From an uncultured Chloroflexia bacterium (GTDB lineage: Bacteria > Chloroflexota > Limnocylindria > Limnocylindrales > CSP1-4), in contig CAWBMD010000002.1 in assembly GCA_963789865.1 (NCBI GenBank), positions 322,543 to 386,542 on the forward strand: a DNA stretch of 64,000 nucleotides. The letters are read 5' to 3'. The notes under the pieces are model-generated. The model was given only the letters and a program-made list of their open reading frames with translations, made no database searches and was not told the origin of the DNA. This document shows positions 52,016-61,961 of this stretch, piece after piece (the first letter of the stretch is position 1; each line of letters begins with the position of its first letter). The position numbers and the translations under genes are program-made.

Positions 52016-53155
52016 CTAGCCGAGAACGAGCGCTGAGAGGCTCAGGTCGGCATGGGTGGGAATGCCTGGCACCGAGACGCCCTGCTCCCCGAACGCGAGG
52101 TAGCCGATCAAGGGCATGTGCCCGACGGCGTGCTCGACCTCGGCGGGGATCTCCCTGATCCGGTCGCCGAGGGCGATGGCGCGACCGCCGCAATGGGCGA
52201 GGACGATGGCCTTTGGCTGTCCCACGTCCTGGACCGCCTTGTACGCGACGTTGCCGGCCTCGGCGATCAGCCCGTTGACGGAGGCCTCACCGAGCTCCAG
52301 GACCATGCCGGGGCTCATGGCCGCCCCGAAGTCCATCGACCCGTCGGGGTTGCTGTTGACCGGGTGGGCGGAATACATGATCCCGTCCTTATGGAAGAGC
52401 AGCGGGTACTGCACGCTGAACGACACGAGCGCGCCGCCCCCGATCTCGGACTCGGGTCGGGCGACCCACTCCGAGTAGACGTCCATGGCCCGGCGACCGC
52501 CGAGCTCGTACACGGTGCGCCCCGAAGCCTTGCTGACGGTGGCCGTCTTGCCGGTCGGTCGGTAGCCGTTCGTGAACGCGTAGCCGATCGGCCCTCCGAG
52601 CGCTGCCACGGCGAAATGGTTCTTGTAGGCGTGACCGTTCGCGAACTGCTGGAAGTTGCCGTCGGGAGAGTGGTCCGACGACGATCCGCCGACCACCGGC
52701 ACCCCCGGGGCCACCTCGGCGATCCCCCGCAGGATCTCCTCTTCAGGACCCATGAAGGCGATGGTCAGCAGGGCGCTGGCCTGACCGCCAAGGTGCTCGA
52801 GCGCCGCCCGAGCCGCCTCCTTGCCGGCAGCGAAGCCGTCGCCGTCGGCGACGGACGCCACGCCCACCTTGGCCAGCCGGTCCGTGATCAGCATCAGGCT
52901 GGCCGCGCCACCTTCGCCCGTGACCCAGCGGTCGTCCTGGAACACGCCGGTCGAAGAGGATCCGCCCCACAGGGGCACGCCGCCCAGTCGCTCCGACACG
53001 CCGCCCACGAGGCTCTCCGTGTCGTACTGCGTCGTCGCGAACAGGATGGCAAGCGTCGGCGTGCCATCGAGTCCTGCCGTCGCCTGCTCGACCAGCTCGG
53101 CGGCTGCCGACTTCGCATCGGTGGAAGTCGTGCTGCCAGTGCCAATTACGCTCAT
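52016..53155 (-). CDS. FIST-type (FIST_N/FIST_C-like) domain protein without an output domain
   Basis: Intact, 379 aa. Pieces PTLAILFATTQYD, VPLWGGSSSTGVF, VPVVGGSSSD and IVLAHCGGRAIALG. The family assignment is from memory. Confidence 0.65.
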   Translation of the reverse strand: MSVIGTGSTTSTDAKSAAAELVEQATAGLDGTPTLAILFATTQYDTESLVGGVSERLGGVPLWGGSSSTGVFQDDRWVTGEGGAASLMLITDRLAKVGVASVADGDGFAAGKEAARAALEHLGGQASALLTIAFMGPEEEILRGIAEVAPGVPVVGGSSSDHSPDGNFQQFANGHAYKNHFAVAALGGPIGYAFTNGYRPTGKTATVSKASGRTVYELGGRRAMDVYSEWVARPESEIGGGALVSFSVQYPLLFHKDGIMYSAHPVNSNPDGSMDFGAAMSPGMVLELGEASVNGLIAEAGNVAYKAVQDVGQPKAIVLAHCGGRAIALGDRIREIPAEVEHAVGHMPLIGYLAFGEQGVSVPGIPTHADLSLSALVLG

Positions 53156-54564
53156 GAGACCGCCTCCTGGGTGACTTCGAAGGGGACCTGCCCGGAACCG
53201 GGCAGCCGTCCCGATTGACTGATCTGGCCGAGGATCGCCGCGCCGAGCAACGAGGACTGGTTCTGGAGGACGTAGTCGAAATCGCCGGTCCAGCGGCGTC
53301 GGGCTTCGAGCATTCCGCGGATCCTCGCCCCGCCGCCCGAGATCCCGACCCGCCGGCCGATGGGCACGAGCTCGGCGACGTCCCGCAGGTGCCCGCCGAG
53401 GTACGACGCGTTGCCGCGGACGAGGCTGAGCAACAGGTCCTCACGCGTGGTCTCGAGCGTCAGGCCGGCGAACCCGGCGGTGAGCCGCTCGAGGGAGTAC
53501 CGGCTGCCGCCAAGGTATGGCACGTATTCGGGAAGCTCGGCTTCGCGGGCATCCGGGTCCTGACCGCCGAAGAACTCGTCGAGCACGCGTGGGACGTAGT
53601 CGGTGTAGAACATGTCGTCGCCCAGCTCGCTGCAGGAGACCCGACGGAACCAGTCCAGCGCCTCGCCACCGGCATTGAGCACGAAGAACGTGAGCCAGCG
53701 ACCGGGGAGGACGTGGCACCGGACGTTGAATGTGGGCGAGGCGATCGGATGGTCGGTGCAGACGTTGGCGATGTCGCACGTTCCGCTGATGATGTTGAGG
53801 TCGCCGGGCTCAGTCAGACCCCCGGACAGCGCAGCGAGCACCGCGTCGTTCCCCCCGCAGAGCACCGAGCAGTCGCGAGGGAGACCGAGCTCATCCGCGA
53901 CCGCGGGAAGCAGCCGCCCGACGGGCTGATGCGAGTGCATGAGCGGCGGCAGCCTGTCCTCCGGGATGCCGGCAAGGTCGAGGACCTCCCGGTTCCAGGT
54001 GAGGTCGTTGCGGGCCGTGTTATAGAGGCCGGTGATGGACGTCGTCGAGGGATCGATCGCCCAACGGCCCGTCATCCGCTTGACGAGATAGGTGTTGCAG
54101 TGGCCGAACTTCGCGGCTGCGGCCCAGACCCCGGGTTCTTCGTCCCGGAACCAGAGGATGGACGACAACGAAGATCCGCCCGATACCGGAAGGTTGCACG
54201 CTTCGGCCAGGAACCTCCTCTCTCCGACGAGCTCGCGAATGGCCGCCGACTGCGCACGGGAACGTCCGTCGAGGAACAACACGGCGGGCGCGAGCGCCGT
54301 GCCGTCCGCGGCCATGGGCGTGAGCCCCGGCGTGGTGACGGAGAGCGAGACGACGCCGACCCCGGCCAGGCCGGACGCCAGCTCCGCGCAGCAATCGCGG
54401 AGCGCCTCCCACCAGGCTTCTGGCTCGAAGTCCGCCTTGCCCCGATCGTAGATGTGCGGGGTGTAGGTGCGCCGCGCCTCGCATTGCACCTCGAGGTCCG
54501 CATTGAACACCGCGAGCTTGAGCGCGCTCGTCCCGACGTCGATGCCGAGAATGTCGCCGCTCAC
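53152..54564 (-). CDS. FGGY-family carbohydrate kinase
   Basis: Intact. Pieces ILGIDVGTSALKLAVF, VLCGGNDA and GISGGGARI. ATGA overlaps on both sides. Confidence 0.85.
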   Translation of the reverse strand: MSGDILGIDVGTSALKLAVFNADLEVQCEARRTYTPHIYDRGKADFEPEAWWEALRDCCAELASGLAGVGVVSLSVTTPGLTPMAADGTALAPAVLFLDGRSRAQSAAIRELVGERRFLAEACNLPVSGGSSLSSILWFRDEEPGVWAAAAKFGHCNTYLVKRMTGRWAIDPSTTSITGLYNTARNDLTWNREVLDLAGIPEDRLPPLMHSHQPVGRLLPAVADELGLPRDCSVLCGGNDAVLAALSGGLTEPGDLNIISGTCDIANVCTDHPIASPTFNVRCHVLPGRWLTFFVLNAGGEALDWFRRVSCSELGDDMFYTDYVPRVLDEFFGGQDPDAREAELPEYVPYLGGSRYSLERLTAGFAGLTLETTREDLLLSLVRGNASYLGGHLRDVAELVPIGRRVGISGGGARIRGMLEARRRWTGDFDYVLQNQSSLLGAAILGQISQSGRLPGSGQVPFEVTQEAVS

Positions 54565-55463
54565 GACAGGAGACCCTCCCCGACAAGGAGCGCCCTCAGC
54601 GCCTGGACCTGGGCCGGCTCCAGGGGCAGGAGGGGCCGTCTCGGGACTCCTCCGCGGAGGCCGGCGAGGGTCATGGCCGCCTTGACGCCCGCGACCCCGT
54701 ACGCTCCGGAGATCGCCGCGTTGATGCGGCTGACCCGGACTTGCAGCGGGACGCCGTTGATCTCGTCGCGAGCCTGTCCGCAGCGGAGGAGGTCGAGCGC
54801 AAGCTCCGGGAAGGAGTTGGCCAGCGATACCGTGCCGCCCGGGGAGCCGCCCATCATGGCCCGGAAGAGGAAGTTGGCCGAGCCTGCCAGGACGTGGAAG
54901 AACGGACCCTGGAACCGCAGGAAGGCGTCGATCCCGCTTGCCGCACTGTCCTTGAGACCCACGATGTTCGCATGGGACGCGAGGCGTCCGACCAGCTCCG
55001 GGCTCAGGGTGACCCCGCTGAAGCCCGGGGCGTTGTAGAGGAGGAGCGGGATTCGCGCCCTGTCGGCCAGCGACGAGAAGTACCGGTACAGGACCTCGTC
55101 CGTCATCTGCGTCCGGAAGTAGCCTGGCGGCAGGACGAGCCCGAAATCGGCTCCGAGGTCGGCGGCGGCCGCGAGGAAGGCCTCCGCCTCGCGCTGCCCG
55201 TCGTATGCGGCTCCGGCCAGGACCACCTGCCCGGGCCCCTTGTGCCGGACGACATCGTCGAGGACACGCCGCTTCTCGTCCTCGGCCAGGCTCCTGTTCT
55301 CCCCGTTGGACCCCAGCGCGAGGTAGCCGAGGATCCCGGTATCCGCGTAGCGGGCGAGATTGAACTGCAGGGCGCCGTGGTCAACATCCTCGTTCGCAGC
55401 AAAGGGCGTGCAGATCGGCGCGAAGACGCCCGAGAGCCTCGCCTGGAGCTCCAGGGGGAGCAT
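54561..55463 (-). CDS. dihydrodipicolinate synthase / N-acetylneuraminate lyase family class I aldolase
   Basis: Intact. Pieces GYLALGSNGE, LLLYNAPGFSG and Schiff-base Lys context IVGLKDS. Confidence 0.85.
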   Translation of the reverse strand: MLPLELQARLSGVFAPICTPFAANEDVDHGALQFNLARYADTGILGYLALGSNGENRSLAEDEKRRVLDDVVRHKGPGQVVLAGAAYDGQREAEAFLAAAADLGADFGLVLPPGYFRTQMTDEVLYRYFSSLADRARIPLLLYNAPGFSGVTLSPELVGRLASHANIVGLKDSAASGIDAFLRFQGPFFHVLAGSANFLFRAMMGGSPGGTVSLANSFPELALDLLRCGQARDEINGVPLQVRVSRINAAISGAYGVAGVKAAMTLAGLRGGVPRRPLLPLEPAQVQALRALLVGEGLLS

Positions 55464-56284
55464 CAGGTCGCCTCGCCTGTGGAGCCGCTGCGACCCTCGG
55501 GCGGGCCGCCCGCGTCGGCCCCCAGCTCCCGGGCGATCGCTGCGGCAACGGCGCGCACGCGTTCACCGAAGTACGGGAGGCGATCGCGGATGCGGAAGTC
55601 CGGCCCGGAGACGCTGATCGCGCCGACCGGCCGGCCGTCAGCTCGAACGATCGCGGCCCCGACGCACGCCCCGAACGGCTCGTTCTCGCGGTCGTCGGTG
55701 GAGTAGCCGCGGAGCCGCGTACGCTCGATCTCCTCTCGGAACGTGGTCACTTCCCGGATCGTCCTGTCGGTCCGAGGTGAGAAGTCCATCCGTGCGTACG
55801 TCCACTCACGTTCCTCGTCCGGCTGCGCCGCGAGCATGGCCTTGCCAAGCGAGGTCGAGTGAAGCGGCATCGTCTGGCCGATCGCCGAGACGAGCTGGAT
55901 GCTGTTGTCGGCTTCCAGCTTGTCGACGTAGACGACCCGCAGATCGTCCAGAACGCCCAGGTGGACGGTCTCGCCGAGCTCGTCGCGCAGTGCCGTCAGG
56001 TGTGGTCGGGCGACGCTCCGGAGGTCGAGGCGGACGGTGGCCCGGTGGGCCAGCCACAGGATCCTGCCGGTCAGTCGATAGCGACGAGTCGTCTCGTCCT
56101 GGGTGACGTACCCGGCCTCGATGAGGGTCCGCAGGATGCGCAACACGGTCGCCTTGTCGAGGTCTACCTGCCGGCCGAGCGCCGAGGGCCCGAACCCGTC
56201 CTGGTCGGCGCGCGCCAAGGCCTCCAGGACGTCGAGACCTCGGCTCAGGGTGCCGGTCACCATCGTTTCACTCAGTGAACCCAT
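55463..56284 (-). CDS. IclR-family transcriptional regulator
   Basis: Intact. Pieces LSRGLDVLEALA, LGRQVDLDKATVLRILRTLIEAGYV and PLHSTSLGKAMLA. The stop shares one base with the aldolase start (TGATG). Confidence 0.85.
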   Translation of the reverse strand: MGSLSETMVTGTLSRGLDVLEALARADQDGFGPSALGRQVDLDKATVLRILRTLIEAGYVTQDETTRRYRLTGRILWLAHRATVRLDLRSVARPHLTALRDELGETVHLGVLDDLRVVYVDKLEADNSIQLVSAIGQTMPLHSTSLGKAMLAAQPDEEREWTYARMDFSPRTDRTIREVTTFREEIERTRLRGYSTDDRENEPFGACVGAAIVRADGRPVGAISVSGPDFRIRDRLPYFGERVRAVAAAIARELGADAGGPPEGRSGSTGEAT

Positions 56285-56649
56285 GGTTCGGTGAACGCAA
56301 CCATTGTAGCGCACGGTTTCACCATGCGTGGCGCTGCTATGCCGAGGAGCACAGCGACGTTGCGGAGCTCGGGCCGCGGGTGACGGCCTTCGAGGCGGCG
56401 TGCGCGGAGGTCGGCCGCGAACCGTCGACGATCGGCCGCTCGGCCGGCGTCGTCGTGGCGCCACCCGAGCCGGCGGGAGCCATCGGCGGGTTCGGGACGA
56501 TGATCAGTGGCTCGGCCGAGCAGCTCGCCGATTCGATGCGGTCGATCCGCGGTGCCGGGTTCACCCAGCTGGAATTCATGCTCCATCCCCAGTCTGTTGC
56601 AGCCCTCGAGGCGATGGCGCCCGTGCTGGAGTTGCTGGACGCGGATTGA
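56275..56649 (+). pseudogene. C-terminal fragment of a luciferase-like (LLM class, F420/flavin-dependent) oxidoreductase
   Basis: FEAACAEVGREPSTIGRS...ISGSAEQLADSMRSIRGAGFTQLEFMLHP...LEAMAPVLELL matches only the last roughly 100 residues of LLM enzymes. The space for the N-terminal roughly 200 aa is taken by the divergent IclR gene. Confidence 0.5.
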
Positions 56650-56855
56650 AGGTCATTCGGCGAAGTCGGTTCGGACGATCTTGGCTCCCACGTCGTCGGC
56701 CGTTCGCGCCGAGTCGGCCGGCGATTGATTGGCCGCTGGGTCGCTGCTGCCCGCGGGGGTGGTCACCGGATCTCGGGCACAACGACCCTAGCCCGCCCGG
56801 CCGCGAACGCCAAGCATCGGGGGCGGCGAGACGCGTCGATGCATGGGAGACCACG

Positions 56856-57710
56856 GTGACCGAACGGAAGCGGATGACTCTGCCCGCGCTGATGGAGAAG
56901 GCCCGCGAGGCGACCCCGATCACCTGGCTGACCTGTTACGACTACCCGACCGCCTACCTCCAGGACCAGGCTGGGATCGACATGATCCTGGTCGGCGACA
57001 GCCTCGGCATGACCATGCTCGGCTTCGACAGCACGCTGCCGGTGACGATGGACGACATGATCCGCCACACCGCGGCGGTGCGGCGCGGCGCGCCCAACGC
57101 CTGGGTCGTGGGCGACATGCCCTACATGAGCTACCAGCCCAGCGTCGAGACGGCGATCCGGAACGCGGGCCGCTTCATGGCCGAGACCGGGTGCGACGCG
57201 GTCAAGCTCGAGGGCGGCGCCGAGATGGCCGACCAGGTCGCCGGCATCGCCCGGGCGGGCATCCCGGTCATCGGCCACCTCGGGCTCACCCCGCAAAGCG
57301 CGGGCGCCCTCGGCGGCTTCCGCCTCCAGGGCAAGAGCGGCGCGCAAGCGAAGAAGATCGTGGACGACGCCCGGATCCTGGAGGAGGCCGGCGCGTTCTG
57401 CATCCTGCTCGAGCTGGTGCCCGATCGCGTCTGCGGCCTGATCACCGAGCGTGCGGCGGGCACCATCATCATGAGCCTGGGCTCGGGGCCGAACGCGCAC
57501 GGCCAGCTGCTCATCTACCACGACGCGTTCGGGCTCTACCCGAAATTCAAGCCGCGGATGGCCAAGGTGTTCGCCGACGCCGGTGCGGTGATCCGCGAGG
57601 GCCTGGCGGCCTACGTTGACGAGGTGACCGCGCGGACCTTCCCGGCTCCCGAGAACTGGTTCGGCATGAAGGACGAGGAGTACGACGAGCTGGTGCGGCT
57701 GCTCGACTGA
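56856..57710 (+). CDS. panB: 3-methyl-2-oxobutanoate hydroxymethyltransferase
   Basis: GGGAGA then GTG at 56856. Intact. Pieces LTCYDYPTA, ILVGDSLGM, VGDMPYMSY, VKLEGG, IGHLGLTPQ and ILLELVP. Confidence 0.9.
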   Translation: MTERKRMTLPALMEKAREATPITWLTCYDYPTAYLQDQAGIDMILVGDSLGMTMLGFDSTLPVTMDDMIRHTAAVRRGAPNAWVVGDMPYMSYQPSVETAIRNAGRFMAETGCDAVKLEGGAEMADQVAGIARAGIPVIGHLGLTPQSAGALGGFRLQGKSGAQAKKIVDDARILEEAGAFCILLELVPDRVCGLITERAAGTIIMSLGSGPNAHGQLLIYHDAFGLYPKFKPRMAKVFADAGAVIREGLAAYVDEVTARTFPAPENWFGMKDEEYDELVRLLD

Positions 57711-57753
57711 GCGATCGGTGTCCCGCGCTCCCGGCACAGGCGAGGTAACGACC

Positions 57754-59044
57754 ATGACCACGACCGCACTCACGGGCTCGGGCGCCGACCTGCGCGATCG
57801 GCTGGCGATCCCCGCCAGCCGGCTGGACGACCTCAATTCGCTGCTGCTTGATCCGGATACACGGATCGTCAACGACCTGTTGGCCGTCGTGGCCCGCTAC
57901 GGCACCCCGGAGGAGATCAACCGCCGGGCCAGGGAGGCGGGCGAGCTGCCCGCGCTGCTGGACCGGGTGCGCGAGACCCGGCCGGACTACCTCGCCGACC
58001 TCGAGTGGCTCACCGAGCAGCGCGACCGTGGCGCCTTCGTCAGCGTGGCCGACTTCCGGCGCAGCGTGCTGGGCAACCGGGCGGACGCGATGACCTTCCG
58101 CGACGACATGGCCGTCACCCTCGAGGTCAGCTCGCTGCAGTACTTCCCGTGGGTCATCGCGGCGGCCCGCAGTGCGATCGCCGATCGCTCGCTCATGCCG
58201 GGGCGCTGGATCCGGGTCCGCAAGATGAAGGAGCAGGAGGCGGACGGCGACCTCGCGGCCGTGGCGGCGGCGATGCAGATCATCGGCGCGAGCGTCGTCG
58301 AGACGCTCGACACCAAGGGCACCGACGGCTCGAACGTCCACCTCGACGGACCGGCCACCATCACCGGCTACTTCGGCGGCGTCGGGCAGCCCAACGACCA
58401 TCCCCTGCTCTGGGTGGACGAGTTCCTTCACTACTACACGACCTACGGCGTGCAGCAGGTGCTCAACCTCAATCCCGGCACCGTCCTGGCCGGCTACCTG
58501 CTCCACCGGCTGGGCGTCGACATCGAGTTCAAGATCTCGGTGTTCATGGGCAACGACAACCCTTTCGCCGGGCCTGTGGACGCTGCTGGGTGCCAAGCTG
58601 TTCGCCCGCGAGGACGGCACGACGCCGCTGGTGGGCTTCAACTGGAGCAACTCGGTCGACAACCAGACCATCGAGATCGCGGCCGACATCCGCCGGGCGC
58701 TCGGCTTCGAGCAGGCCGTCCGGTTCGAGCACCACATCACCGAGACCCAGAAGAGCATCGTCCGCCAGCCGTACGACCGGCGCGAGGAGCTGATCGAGCT
58801 GGCCGACCACGTGGCCAACATCTCGGCCAAGCACGAGGGCGGCGATCCCGCGGTCGATGCCGCGCATCCGCACCCGTCGGACATCCTGGACTACTTCCGG
58901 GACAAGGACGAGATCATCGCGAGCGGCGACTGGGACGCGCTGGCGGACGACTTCGTGGACAAGCTCGATGCCACCAACCACACCGCCCGGGCGCTGACCG
59001 AGCACGGCCTGAGCTTCGTGGCGGCGCACCACCTGCACCACTAG
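57754..59044 (+). CDS. conserved-looking protein of unknown function, about 430 aa (1 frameshift near 58570)
   Basis: GAGGT then ATG at 57754. Pieces LQYFPWVIAAARSAIADRSLMPGRWIRVRKMKEQE, TITGYFGGVGQPNDHPLLWVDEFLHYYTTYG and KISVFMGNDNPF, then LWTLLGAKLFAREDGTTPLVGFNWSNSVDNQTIEI...HEGGDPAVDAAHPHPSDILDYF in the next frame. Confidence 0.6.
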
Positions 59045-59093
59045 GGCCGGGTCGAACGATCGCAAGGACCCCGGCCGAGCGGGGAGAATCAGC

Positions 59094-59679
59094 GTGTCGG
59101 CCTCGCCTGCGAAGAAGGCGGTTGGTCCCGCCGACGACCTGGACGTGAGCTCGGGCCTGGATCGGGAGCTGAACCACAGCGACGAGTCCCGCCGCCTCCG
59201 GGAGGCGCTGATCGGCGGTCCCGTCGCGGAGGCCGCACCGGACCCTCGCGTGCTCGCTGCGATGCAGCGCGTCCCGTGCCCCACCGGGATGAGCTTCCCC
59301 GACGCCTACCGGGCTGCATTGATGATCGCGGCACGAGCGACGGTCAGGCATCGACGGCTGACGCCCGGTTGATCAAGTCGATGATCGACTTGGAGGCCGA
59401 CATTGGCGCAACAAGCTCCACGGCGGCAGCAAGCCCGAGGTCGGGCGCCTGGCCGACTACCTCGCGCTCATCGGGTACCCCGTGCCCGACGAGGCCGAGC
59501 CCGGCCACGTGGGCGACACGATCCGGGACCTGCGGCCGAGGCTGGAGCGGGGGCTCCCGCTGACCGCGCCGCAGCAGGCACGCTGGGACCGCCTCGTGGA
59601 GCACAACCGGTTCGACTGCGCCGGCATGCGGGCGGTCTGCCTGCGGGCGACACGGGAGCTGGACGAGGCGGCCGAATGA
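59094..59679 (+). CDS. possible RNase-H-fold (YprB/PolB-exonuclease-like) domain protein, degenerate and frameshifted
   Basis: GGGGAG then GTG at 59094. Pieces DDLDVSSGLD (where DxE would be), GMSFPDAYRAALMIAARA, SMIDLEADI, then KLHGGSKPEVGRLADYLALIGYP...WDRLVEHNRFDCAGMRAV in a third frame. Only the last roughly 90 residues look convincing. Confidence 0.35.
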
Positions 59680-59759
59680 CCGGCGGGTCCACGGACAGTC
59701 GTGACAGCCAAGGTGGCACGACCGGCGCATACGGTGGTGACGGAATGGAGGGGGGATCG

Positions 59760-60766
59760 ATGGACGAACGACAGGTACGGGACCAGCTCCGCGAGGCCCT
59801 GGGGACGATCCGGCCCCTGGTGACGATGTCCCGGGACGGACTGGTGATCACGGCGCTCGAGTGGGGCGCGGCGCGGGACGCCGGGTACGAGACGGCGACG
59901 GCGGCCGCGGCGGCCGGCGACCTCGAGCTGCGCGAGCAGGGATCGGGCGCGGTCCCGACCATCGAGGCGGTCACGAAGACCAGGCCGGTCGTGATCTTCG
60001 CCGGCGACACGGTCGTGGGCGGCAAGCAGAACCGGATCATCAACATCACGGTCTGGCTGCCCGCGGCGGCGGTCACGGCGATCCCGGTCTCGTGCCTCGA
60101 GCTCGGGCGCTGGAACCACGGCGTACGCGTTCGCGACCTCGCGCAAGGTGGACTACCTGATGCGGGCCCGGATGAGCGACCAGCTGGCCGATGTCGCGCT
60201 GGTGGAGCGCCAGATGGCCGCCGCAGCGCCCGGGCCATGCGCCGGTGCGGCGGTCGTACGCCGCGAACCAGGGCGAGGTCTGGGCGGAGATCTCCGCCAA
60301 GGAGGCCCGGATCGGCGTCCACTCGCGGACCTCGGCGCTCCACGACCTCTACGAGCGCGAGGCCATCGACCTCGGGGCGCTCGTGCGGGCGTTCCCCTGC
60401 CCCGCCGGGGCGAGCGGGATCGCCGTGGGGATCGGCGGCAAGCTCGTGGCCGCGGAGCTGTTCGACGCGCCGTCCACGCTCGCGGAGCAGTGGCCGCGCC
60501 TGGTCGAGGGGGCCGCCTCGGCGTACGCGGACCATCGCCGCGCGGTGGACGCCGGCCTGGCGCCGAAGCCTGCGCACCGCTACCCGGACGAGGGGGCGCT
60601 CGGGCGGATGGTGGAGCGGACGGCGGCCGCCGTGGCCGAGGCGGTCGTCGGGCCGTCGGTCGGCGAGGGGTTCGACGTCCGGCTGGCCGGCACGCGGGTC
60701 CGCGGCGGCGCGCTCGTCGTGAACGGACACCCGGTGCACCTGGAGCTGTTCCGCGTCGAGGCGTGA
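59760..60766 (+). CDS. DUF6569 / ARPP-1-like family protein (2 frameshifts); assignment from memory
   Basis: GGAGGGGGG then ATG at 59760. Pieces VIFAGDTVVGGKQNRIINITVWLP, IPVSCLELGRWNHG, then NQGEVWAEISAK and GASGIAVGIGGKLVAAELFD in other frames. Confidence 0.55.
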
Positions 60767-60875
60767 CCGCCGTGGGTGAAGATCCCAGGAAGTCGGGGCG
60801 CGGCGATCTTGTCCGCCATGCCGCCGGCCCAGGGAGGTTGCCGACGGGCCGTGCTCCCGTTGCACGGTGCGAGAG

Positions 60876-61068
60876 GTGAACCGACTCGACGGACATCATC
60901 TTCCTCTTTGGCGGTCTCTACTTCATCGCCCGCGGCTTCGGGGCCTACAACCGGCACGATGACCCGTCGTGGCGATCCTTCCGCGGGGACTACGCCATCG
61001 AGGACGGCTGTACCGGATGCCTCTGGTGGGTCGCCGCCGTGGTCCTGATCGTGCTCGCTGTCGCCTGA
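60876..61068 (+). CDS. possible small membrane protein (about 60 aa), needs one frame correction
   Basis: GAGAGG then GTG at 60876. After a shift the reading is DIIFLFGGLYFIARGFGAYNRHDDPSWRSFRGDYAIEDGCTGCLWWVAAVVLIVLAVA, ending at the stop at 61066. Confidence 0.3.
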
Positions 61069-61309
61069 CGACAGCAGGACCTGAGATGGAGGTACGTTCG
61101 GGTCCCTGCGGACGCATCGGTCGGCGCCTAGGCTCGGGGCGCGCGTCCCAGCCTGTCTGAGCCTCATAGGAGCTTGGCTCGTAACCGATGGCAGCGGCGC
61201 TGACCGCGGACCGCTCCTCCGGGGTGAGCTGTGCCAGGGCGACGGCCAGCTGGGGCGGGGACCGGCATCGTCGCTCCCGGCTCTCGGCCAAGGCCGAGAA
61301 CGCATCGGC

Positions 61310-61961
61310 CTAGGGACGACCCGCGTCGATCCACGCCTGGATCCAGTCGCTCGCGATGGCACGTTGGGCGCTCGCGAGCGCCATCGTCCCGTCGCAGACG
61401 TCGCGCTTGAGCGTGTTCTCCAGGTGGTCCTTCGCGTCCGCCCCGATGGGCGTGCCGTCGGGAAGGCTGGCCGTCAGGGGCTCCGGCCACAGGTTCTTCG
61501 GGATCGCGCGGTGCGCCGCCGAGCTCCAGGGGAACCAGATGGTCCTCCTCGTAGTGCCGGGGGTTCTTGTCGGCGTACCCGTACTCGACGATCTGGACGA
61601 CCTTGAGAGCGGAGGTGTAGGCGGACGGCGGGCGCACCGTCTTGGTCCAGCCCGACTTGCAGATGGTGTTCGTGAGGGTGTCAGGGCGCACGTTCGGGTT
61701 GATCGCCCCGGGCGTCAGGTGGGGGTCCGGCAAACCTTGCCGCGCCGCCGCCGGTGCCGCGGACGCCGTGGACTGGGACGCGGGAGCGGCGGAGGCTGGC
61801 GTCGTCCTGCCCGTGGCCGACGGGGACCTGTCCGTTGAAGCTGGCGAGACGGCCGGGGCGGGCGGCACCGCGGCACTGGGTCCACGAACCCAGGAACTCG
61901 CCGCCATGCTCGCGCCGACGAGGACGACGATCACCGCGATCGCGATGAGGAGGCGTCTCAC
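61310..61961 (-). CDS. secreted/anchored HNH-motif nuclease-like protein (1 frameshift near 61497)
   Basis: GTG at 61961. TM LLIAIAVIVVLVGASMAA. Pieces TNTICKSGWTKTVRPPSAYT and YEEDHLVPLELGGAPRDP, then KNLWPEP...AKDHLENTLKRDVCDG in another frame. Confidence 0.6.

Noticed and set aside
60923-61291. Minus-strand ORF with a sigma-70 region-4-like stretch (LAQLTPEERSAVSAAAIGYEPSSYEAQ)
   Set aside because: Only about 30 residues look meaningful, and the rest is low-complexity. The evidence is too weak for a feature; it may be another remnant.
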